NCBI GenBank assembly: GCA_031551355.1
Contig: JAVBNT010000038.1
Location: 4,126-68,125, forward strand
DNA from: Candidatus Xenobia bacterium
GTDB lineage: Bacteria > Vulcanimicrobiota > CADAWZ01
Direction of reading: 5' to 3'
DNA length: 64,000 nucleotides
Part shown: positions 38,145-45,411 of the stretch, one piece after another
Layout of the letters: each line of letters begins with the position of its first letter
Position numbering within the stretch: the first letter of the stretch is position 1
Notes under the pieces: generated by a model
Databases searched by the model: none
The model's input: the letters and a program-made list of their open reading frames with translations, nothing else
What the model was told of the DNA's origin: nothing
Translations under genes and position numbers: made by a program

Positions 38145-38702
38145 CTATTGCCCGATTGCGGAATCAATTATATTAAAATCAATGGATTCTTTGACTGAGA
38201 AGGCCTGCCCGGAAGAAATTATTTTTTCCAGCAGGTCTTTGTTTAATCCGGTGTATTTTTGAAGGTATGATATAATCAGATCTTTTGCCGAGACGATCGC
38301 CATGCCGGCTTTTTCAAGATCCGTATCACCGCTGTCTTTTACCCATAGATTTTGTTGCAGGGAAATTTTTGAGTGCCCCAGCGCAAACCGAAGACCTTTT
38401 GTTCCGGCGCAAAGAAGTATGGCTGCACCTCCTGATGCTTCTTCAAGGCATATGGTCGACACATTATTTTTTATTTTGTCTATTTTGTCACAAATAGACA
38501 GGAATGACCTTACGTTTCCTCCGGAAGAGTTTATATACAGATCAATTTTACCGTCGTTAGCCGATAAAATATCCAGCATCTCTTCTATTTGCAGGCCAAT
38601 ATTTTCGGTAAGCACCCCGTCAATAAGGATAATTCTTTTTTCTATAAGATTTTTATGCATTTCCTGAAGGCGCTCTGTTACGGTTTTCACGGTTTTACTC
38701 AT
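38145..38702 (-). CDS. ClpP-family (TepA-like) serine peptidase homolog
   Basis: The ClpP/crotonase-like core is 'IDLYINSSGGNVRSFLSICDKI' and 'EEASGGAAILLCAG'. Confidence 0.6.
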   Translation of the reverse strand: MSKTVKTVTERLQEMHKNLIEKRIILIDGVLTENIGLQIEEMLDILSANDGKIDLYINSSGGNVRSFLSICDKIDKIKNNVSTICLEEASGGAAILLCAGTKGLRFALGHSKISLQQNLWVKDSGDTDLEKAGMAIVSAKDLIISYLQKYTGLNKDLLEKIISSGQAFSVKESIDFNIIDSAIGQ

Positions 38703-38809
38703 CGATGGCTCCTACCTGATTATTTTTTGCAGGTTTTATGTTCTGCAAGCGTAAATATCTTCCCTGTAGTACAGTTATGGCGGAAAATATATTTTTCAGG
38801 AAATAATTT

Positions 38810-39766
38810 ATGAATAAAGCGATTGTAATTGTTCCTGGTGAACCTTCGGGGGTCGGGCCGGAAATAACGATTGGTGCGCTCAGAGAGTTGTTTGCCGGTG
38901 GTTTTGCTCAAAAGGTTGTTGTTTTTTTTGATGAAAATACGCTGAGCAGACTTGCTGCTGCCGTTGGGCCTTTGAATGAAATGCTCTTGTTTAATGATAA
39001 ATCTTTTTTTTCCGATTTTATGCCGGGTAAATTTTTTTATATACCGGTCGCCGCTACGGATGAAAAATCCGTTGCTGTCACGGCAATAAGAAACGCAGCC
39101 GATTTTTGCTTGGAAAAACCCGGCGGCAGAATAATGGTTACCGGACCGATAAACAAATGTATCAGCAACAGTTGTATAGGCTCTCCGTTAGGGCATACTG
39201 AAATTTTATCACTGTATACAGGGGGGGAAAATCTTGAGACCGTGTTCTGTCTTGACGGGTTGAAAGTTTTTTTTCTGAGCCGCCATCTGAGTCTTGCCGA
39301 AGCTCTGAAACTTGTAAGGAAGGATAATATTTTAAAGGCAATCCGGTCGATGTATACCAATATGAAGATTCTTGGCTGTGCTGCTCCCAGGCTTGGTATT
39401 GCCGGGCTTAATCCGCATGCCGGCGACAATGGTTTATTTGGCAGGGAAGAGAAGGATGAGATTTATCCTGCTGTAATGCAGGCTTTGACGGAGGGTATTG
39501 ACGTTACCGGCCCAATCGGCGCTGATTCTGTTTTCTTTCAGGGATTTTCCGGCCGGTTTGATGCGGTTTTGTCGTTGTACCATGATCAGGGACATATTGC
39601 CCTTAAGAGCAGAGACTTTTTCGCAACTGTGACGATGACGCTGGGAATGCCTTTTCTACGGACATCCGTTGACCATGGAACAGCTGAAGATATAGCCTGG
39701 AAGGGGATGGCAAAAAACGACAGCATGGTAAATGCAATTTTACTGGCGGAAAAACTTTTATTTTAG
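38810..39766 (+). CDS. PdxA-family NAD-dependent dehydrogenase (4-hydroxythreonine-4-phosphate or 4-phosphothreonate dehydrogenase type)
   Basis: 'AIVIVPGEPSGVGPEITIGA', 'HTEIL' and 'GLNPHAGDNGLFGREE' are typical PdxA motifs. Confidence 0.75.
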   Translation: MNKAIVIVPGEPSGVGPEITIGALRELFAGGFAQKVVVFFDENTLSRLAAAVGPLNEMLLFNDKSFFSDFMPGKFFYIPVAATDEKSVAVTAIRNAADFCLEKPGGRIMVTGPINKCISNSCIGSPLGHTEILSLYTGGENLETVFCLDGLKVFFLSRHLSLAEALKLVRKDNILKAIRSMYTNMKILGCAAPRLGIAGLNPHAGDNGLFGREEKDEIYPAVMQALTEGIDVTGPIGADSVFFQGFSGRFDAVLSLYHDQGHIALKSRDFFATVTMTLGMPFLRTSVDHGTAEDIAWKGMAKNDSMVNAILLAEKLLF

Positions 39767-39818
39767 GAAAATCACTTGACAGGTGTTTAATAATTTTCTA
39801 TAATTACCTGCGTATGAT

Positions 39819-39890
39819 TGAGGCGTAGCCAAGTGGTAAGGCATCGGTCTTTGGATCCGACATTCCCTGGTTCGAATCCAGGCGCCTCAG
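39819..39890 (+). tRNA. tRNA-Gln (anticodon TTG)
   Basis: U1-A72 acceptor TGAGGCG/CGCCTCA. D-arm 'GCCAAGTGGTAAGGC' closely resembles E. coli tRNA-Gln. Anticodon loop CUUUGGA. T-arm CCTGG-TTCGAAT-CCAGG. A TATAAT sits 14 nt upstream. Confidence 0.8.
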
Positions 39891-39892
39891 TC

Positions 39893-40453
39893 TTATTTTT
39901 TTTGAGCTTTTGCGATGTATTCGGCAAATTTATTTACAAATAAATCGCGTTTTTCTTTTGAAGGGAAAAATTTAAACGGGATGGCATGCGCTCCCTTATC
40001 GTCAGAAGTAATAAAAAACAGATAATCTTCGCTTTCTTCAAATCCGGCAATTTCATCCCATCTTATTTTTAGATCGCCGTAACTCGTCTTTACTTCAATT
40101 CCATCATCACCGATAATGTAATTTCTTGTGCCCTCTATCTGCAGTTCTGCCGCCGATTTTTTCATAAAAGATTTTTCGGTGTGTCCGATTGTGAATTTAT
40201 GAATTATTTCCGGAACAACTCTCAGGCCGAAAATAACGGCTATTACCAGCGTGCATATCAGCATAGTCTCGAGAAAAGACTTCATATCGCCAATGTTCAT
40301 CATCAGCGATACCAGCAGCATAATTAAAAAAAGCATAATCGCCTGATTTAATCTTTTCCCGAGAGGAATTGTTCCGTTTAGGCGTATATAATTGTATAAG
40401 GCAAACATGTCTTTGTTTGTCAGTTCGATTACAACTCTGTTTGTGTTTTCCAT
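39893..40453 (-). CDS. YcxB-like membrane protein, paralog of the gene at 23347..23928
   Basis: Two TM helices 'AIMLFLIMLLVSLMMNIG' and 'MLICTLVIAVIFGL', then a soluble C-terminal domain. Confidence 0.4.
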   Translation of the reverse strand: MENTNRVVIELTNKDMFALYNYIRLNGTIPLGKRLNQAIMLFLIMLLVSLMMNIGDMKSFLETMLICTLVIAVIFGLRVVPEIIHKFTIGHTEKSFMKKSAAELQIEGTRNYIIGDDGIEVKTSYGDLKIRWDEIAGFEESEDYLFFITSDDKGAHAIPFKFFPSKEKRDLFVNKFAEYIAKAQKK

Positions 40454-40507
40454 AAAATTTTTGCTGCAGAGGCCGTAAAGTTACGGCCTCTGAGAAGATT
40501 TAATCGG

Positions 40508-41161
40508 TTATTTAGACTGTTCGGTCTTTTTATTTTTCTCTATAGAATACAGATATCCCGAATTTTTCGACCATTTTTTGTCGATGAAACTGTTTTTGGC
40601 ATCATAAATTTGCAGTGCCTGATACATTCCCATATCATTTACGTATTTTACGAATACTTTAGGCAGTTTTTCCGGTTTTATCCAGTAAGGATGCATTTCT
40701 GTTTTTGATGTGGCGGCCAGACTGATGCTCTTTCCGTCTTTGAGTAAAATTTTATATCCCGGTCCGTCTTTTTCAGCTTTTCCGATGACAATATAAGTAT
40801 TTTTTCCGGCAGGCATTGCATCTGTTTTATCAAATTTCTTTTTTACACAGCGGCATTTTTCGCAGCAAAGGCAGGCTCCTTTGCAAGTGCATACCATTTC
40901 ACATTTGCAGTCTTTGCAGCATTTACAGTCTCCGAGGCACTCGCATTTTTCCTTACATACGCATTTTTTGCAGCAACTGCACTTGCCGCCGCATTTGCAT
41001 GACTGTATGCATTTACAGTCTTTGCAGCATTTGCAGTTTACTTCCATCTTTGTTGCTTTTGTTTCCTTTGCCGGTGCGGCAGGCTCAGCTGCGAACAGGC
41101 TGCAGGATATAAGAATCATCCAGGCCGCAAAGATTGCAGCAATTTTTGCAATAGCTCTCAT
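40508..41161 (-). CDS. Lipoprotein or secreted protein with an extreme Cys-rich (metallothionein-like) domain fused to a C-terminal domain of about 110 aa
   Basis: Signal with possible lipobox 'LISC'. The segment 'CKCCKDCKCIQSCKCGGKCSCCKKCVCKEKCECLGDCKCCKDCKCEMVCTCKGACLCCEKCRC' has about 28 Cys in about 70 aa. Confidence 0.6.
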   Translation of the reverse strand: MRAIAKIAAIFAAWMILISCSLFAAEPAAPAKETKATKMEVNCKCCKDCKCIQSCKCGGKCSCCKKCVCKEKCECLGDCKCCKDCKCEMVCTCKGACLCCEKCRCVKKKFDKTDAMPAGKNTYIVIGKAEKDGPGYKILLKDGKSISLAATSKTEMHPYWIKPEKLPKVFVKYVNDMGMYQALQIYDAKNSFIDKKWSKNSGYLYSIEKNKKTEQSK

Positions 41162-41253
41162 AACTTATAAAATCCCCCTCTTAAATAGATTTGTCTGTTA
41201 GACCACTCATGGATTCTATCCTCAGCGGTCGATACCTTTTTTAAGGATAGGCC

Positions 41254-42261
41254 TTAACTTTCCTTGATCGTGACCCCGCTGTGACTTAGATAGAACGGAA
41301 GAATTTGCGCTCCTGCCCCGGCGATGGATTTTTCCACATTGGCTTTATCTTCAGGGCGGCAAACGGTTACCAGACACCCACCTCCGCCGGCACCGCATAT
41401 TTTAGACGCAAGGGCATTGGCTTTTTCGGCAGCGAAAATTATGGAATCAACTTTTTCATTGGTGACTCCTTCCGCCAGGCACTGGCGGTTGGACCATTCT
41501 TCTTTTAGAGCCGAAGCGATGTCCGTAAGACTTTCTTTTTTTATGGCCTCCCACATTTTTGATGAGGTTGCCTTTATTCTTCTCATGCAGTCTCTTGTCA
41601 CCTGGTTTCCGTCAATATAGCTTTTCATCATGTTCCAGTTATTGGTTCCTGAAAAGTGTGATATTCCGGTAAACGACAATACTACGCATTCCGAGATCTT
41701 ATTCAAAAATAATTTGGTGTTCAGTGAATTTTCATGAGTTATACCATGATCTGTAAAATGTATGGCACTGATACCTCCGAAGTAGGCACTGTAATAATCC
41801 TGTTTTCCGGTAGGGATGCCAAGGCTTCTGGCTTCTATATTGGCGCACCAGTCGATAAACTTGTGCGGATCGGCTTCTTTACCGCAGACTCTGCAAAGTC
41901 CATACATGAGCGCCACGAGCAGGCTTGATGAGGCCGCCAGCCCCGAACCATGCGGGACAGAGCTTTCCGTAGTTATTTCCAGGCCCGTTTCAGGCTTGAA
42001 AAAATGTATCGCCCGTGCAATAAGGTCGAGTGAGCCGTTGGTTTCCAGCAAGTCGATATTATCCGCCGCTATTTCTTTTTTTAAATCTTTGGAATAGACT
42101 TTGATTTTTTTATCGTTTCTGGGTGATATCTCTACCGTAGTCGGCAGGTTTATGGCCATGTTTACTGTTAGGCCGCCTTCTTCAAATATATATAAAGGAA
42201 AGATGTCCAGAGTTCCTCCGGACAAATCTATTCTTGTAGGTGCGGTTATTTTTAAAGGCAT
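41254..42261 (-). CDS. GHMP-family sugar or small-molecule kinase
   Basis: 'PHGSGLAASSSLLVAL' is the GHMP ATP-binding motif, and the C-terminal 'GAGGGGC' fits. Confidence 0.7.
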   Translation of the reverse strand: MPLKITAPTRIDLSGGTLDIFPLYIFEEGGLTVNMAINLPTTVEISPRNDKKIKVYSKDLKKEIAADNIDLLETNGSLDLIARAIHFFKPETGLEITTESSVPHGSGLAASSSLLVALMYGLCRVCGKEADPHKFIDWCANIEARSLGIPTGKQDYYSAYFGGISAIHFTDHGITHENSLNTKLFLNKISECVVLSFTGISHFSGTNNWNMMKSYIDGNQVTRDCMRRIKATSSKMWEAIKKESLTDIASALKEEWSNRQCLAEGVTNEKVDSIIFAAEKANALASKICGAGGGGCLVTVCRPEDKANVEKSIAGAGAQILPFYLSHSGVTIKES

Positions 42262-42496
42262 TGAATTTTCTCCCTTTATTTATTTGTTTTTCATAAAACC
42301 TGTAGGGTTCGTTTACCATTTATTTAATAGTGGACTGAAAAATTCAATAATCGCGATGTTTTTCCCTTGCGGTGAACGATCAATTTTTGCTTTTGTTTGA
42401 AGAGATTTGCCCTTTAGAAGGACACTTATCATACTTTAAAGAAACTTAAAATTTATCGTCGTTTTATTATGATGTTTTATTAAGGAGCTATTAAAA

Positions 42497-43687
42497 ATGG
42501 AGAAAATATATCTCGCAGGAGCAGTAAGAACTCCAATTGGTGCCTTTCTTGGTTCTTTATCTACGCTTCATCCCAAAGACTTGGGAGCTATTGTTATAAA
42601 AGAATCAATTAAAAGGGCGGGATTGGATGCCGATGTTGTGGACGAAGTCATTATGGGCTCTGTTTTGCAGGGCGGGTTAGGGCAGAATGTTGCCCGCCAG
42701 TCCTCTATTGCCGCCGGTTTGAGTGATAAAATTCCAGCGTATACCGTAAATATGGTTTGCGGTTCGGGATTGCGATCGGTTATTGATGCCGCCAGAATAA
42801 TAGCTGCAGGTGAAGCTGATGTTATTGTTGCCGGTGGTGTGGAGTCAATGTCTTTTGCTCCGTATGTTTTGCCTAAAGCAAGAACAGGGCTGCGTATGGG
42901 AGATGCCGAGTTGAAAGATCTGATGATTTTTGACGGACTAACCTGTGCCCTGGGTAATTACCATATGGGAATCACTGCGGAAAATGTTGCCGGGCAGTTT
43001 GCCGTAACGAGAGAGCAGCAGGATGCTTTTGCTTTTGAAAGTCAGAAAAAAGCTGCCATAGCGATGGAAACCGGTATTTTTGATGAAGAAATTGTTTCTG
43101 TTTCCATCCCTCAGAGAAAAGGTGATCCGGTGGTCTTTTCCAAGGATGAGCATCCGAAGCCGTCGACGACGGTGGAATCGCTTGCTAAATTGCGTCCCGC
43201 GTTTAAAAAAGACGGTACAGTGACGGCCGGAAACGCTTCGGGAATAAATGACGGAGCCTCTGCCGTAGTCGTTTTTTCTGAAAAGGCTGCAGCCAAATAT
43301 GGGATTACACCGATGGTTTCTTTGTCATCCTGGGCTTACGCCGGTGTAGATCCGTCCATTATGGGTATAGGACCGGTGGAGTCGGTAAGAAAGCTTCTTA
43401 GTAAATCGGGAATAAAACTTGAAGATATTGATCTTGTCGAAGCTAACGAAGCATTTGCTTCACAGTCTATAGCTGTCGGCAAAGAACTTGGCTGGTATGG
43501 AAACTCAATGGCGGACAAAGTTAACATACATGGGGGGGCTATCGCTCTTGGCCATCCGATAGGTGCGTCAGGAACAAGGATTTTGACAACGCTCATGTAT
43601 GAGATGAAGAGGAGCGGCCTTTCAAAAGGGCTTGCAACTCTTTGTATTGGCGGTGGCATGGGCATTTCCGTTCTTGTTGAAAAATAG
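42497..43687 (+). CDS. Acetyl-CoA acetyltransferase (thiolase II)
   Basis: 'NMVCGSGLRSV' has the active-site Cys. 'GNASGINDGA', 'HPIGASGTRIL' and 'CIGGGMG' also fit. Confidence 0.9.
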   Translation: MEKIYLAGAVRTPIGAFLGSLSTLHPKDLGAIVIKESIKRAGLDADVVDEVIMGSVLQGGLGQNVARQSSIAAGLSDKIPAYTVNMVCGSGLRSVIDAARIIAAGEADVIVAGGVESMSFAPYVLPKARTGLRMGDAELKDLMIFDGLTCALGNYHMGITAENVAGQFAVTREQQDAFAFESQKKAAIAMETGIFDEEIVSVSIPQRKGDPVVFSKDEHPKPSTTVESLAKLRPAFKKDGTVTAGNASGINDGASAVVVFSEKAAAKYGITPMVSLSSWAYAGVDPSIMGIGPVESVRKLLSKSGIKLEDIDLVEANEAFASQSIAVGKELGWYGNSMADKVNIHGGAIALGHPIGASGTRILTTLMYEMKRSGLSKGLATLCIGGGMGISVLVEK

Positions 43688-43745
43688 TGTTGTCTGTCCC
43701 CGTCTAATAAAACCTGGGGGGATCGGATGATAAAGGGAGGTTACT

Positions 43746-44120
43746 ATGTCTATTGATCAAAAGAAAGTTGTTGAGGATTTTTACAAACTGCTTAGAGACA
43801 GGGATTCGGATGCCTTTATTGAGCTTTTTGCGGAGAATGCCTCCGTTTTTTTCCCGGGTGTATCACAGCCTTCGGGGACATATCTGGGAAGGGACAAGAT
43901 AAAAAGATTTTTCAGAAAGATGTTTACCTTTGTTCCCGATATGAGTTTTGAAATGACAAGGGTTATTCATTGTGAAAAGACCGTCTGCGTAGAATGGTCG
44001 CTTTCCGGAAATACAAGAAAAGGCGGTCTTGTTCTTAAAAACGGAGTGTCGATCTTTGAGGTGGACGGATACTCCATAGTGTCGATGAATAGTTATATTG
44101 CTTCCGGACTTTTTGTCTGA
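43746..44120 (+). CDS. SnoaL-like / NTF2-fold small protein
   Basis: 124 aa. 'VVEDFYKLLRDRDSDAFIELFAENASVFFPG' is typical of SnoaL-like domains. Confidence 0.5.
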   Translation: MSIDQKKVVEDFYKLLRDRDSDAFIELFAENASVFFPGVSQPSGTYLGRDKIKRFFRKMFTFVPDMSFEMTRVIHCEKTVCVEWSLSGNTRKGGLVLKNGVSIFEVDGYSIVSMNSYIASGLFV

Positions 44121-44244
44121 AATCAATTGAAATTGGCGAATCTGCGTCGTCAAATCCGATTTCGCTCATTCCGCCGTAGGAAGACTACGGCTCACTCGTC
44201 GAAACCGGACTTGCCTTGGCACCTTCACCAATTTGAATTGATTT
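44121..44244. repeat. MITE-like element (family B), second full copy
   Basis: TIRs 'AATCAATTGAAATTGG' and 'CCAATTTGAATTGATT' (one mismatch). The internal 'TTTCGCTCATTCCGCCGTAG...CTACGGCTCA.TCGTCGAAA' is shared with 28238..28360. Confidence 0.6.
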
Positions 44245-44574
44245 AAATTTCAATTTTGATAAATTCCCCTCCTTTGGAGGGGTGTCGTGGAGCGTCGGGG
44301 TGGTTTCCGCTATAGTTGTGCGGCTACGCCGCATGGACGATTGCAAGCCTGCAGGGCGTGACAATCCAGCCGTTTGTTTTTTGGGGATTGCTTCGTCTAT
44401 GCTCCTCGCAATTACCTAAAGAGAATTGCCTGCGGACTTTTTGTCACTGCCAAGAATACTCTTTCTTAATTAATGCCTATTGAGATAAGACTATGGCTAA
44501 TTTGTCGAAATCAGACCTTGCTTTAACGGTTTGAATTTATTTAAAAACTAATTTAATTTTAAGGAGGAGTATTT

Positions 44575-45411
44575 ATGAGCGGGGATTTCTATGCACCGCA
44601 GTCTGCAGCCGAAGCTGTCCGCATAAAAACTGCTGATAAAAAAGCGTTTTTTCTTGCCGGCGGCACTGTTCTTAATACCTGGAGAAAAGGCCGTAATATA
44701 GGCCTTATTTCCCTGCACAGAATGGGACACAATCAAATAGAGCTTAAAGACGGGGTTATTACGATTGGTTCTATGGCTACATTGACGGAAATTTCGGTGA
44801 ACAATTTATTTGCGGAAACTTCACCCTTAAGGGAAGTATCGGGATCTTGCAGGGCAATATCCAAGAATATAAGAAATATGGCGACACTGGGCGGTGTCCT
44901 TGGCTCTTCCTTCAGCCGTTCGGATCTTTTGCCGGTTCTTCTGGCTCTGGATGCACATGTGTTGTTGTTGACTGAAGCTGGTGAGTCTTCGGTTCCTGTC
45001 GCCGACTTTCTGATGACGCCGCCGTCGGCATCTCCCAGATTAATTCTGGGGGTAAAAATAAAATCTGATGATTCGCTTACATTGAAAACGGCACGATTTG
45101 CCCGTTCTTCAAATGATTTACCTGTTGTTAAAACAGCTTGCTCATATAGATGCAGTGACGGTAAATTCAAGGATTTAAAAATCGCTGCCGGTGGAATATC
45201 CGATAAACCGATCAGGCTGCTTCCGCTAGAAATGGTGCTTGAAGGACAGGCTTGCTGTTCCGCTAAACTGAAAAATGCTATTTGCAGTGTGATGGCGGAG
45301 ATGAAGACACCTACCTCGGATTTGAGAGGCAGCGGAGATTTTAAGAAGGCTCTGGCTGTGGCTTTGCTTGAGGATATACTTATTTGCCGTGACAAGGAGG
45401 CTTGTTCCTAA
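44575..45411 (+). CDS. Molybdenum hydroxylase FAD-binding subunit (CoxM/XdhB-like)
   Basis: 'AFFLAGGTVLN' is the FAD-binding motif. It is coupled by TAATG to the downstream large subunit. Confidence 0.8.
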   Translation: MSGDFYAPQSAAEAVRIKTADKKAFFLAGGTVLNTWRKGRNIGLISLHRMGHNQIELKDGVITIGSMATLTEISVNNLFAETSPLREVSGSCRAISKNIRNMATLGGVLGSSFSRSDLLPVLLALDAHVLLLTEAGESSVPVADFLMTPPSASPRLILGVKIKSDDSLTLKTARFARSSNDLPVVKTACSYRCSDGKFKDLKIAAGGISDKPIRLLPLEMVLEGQACCSAKLKNAICSVMAEMKTPTSDLRGSGDFKKALAVALLEDILICRDKEACS

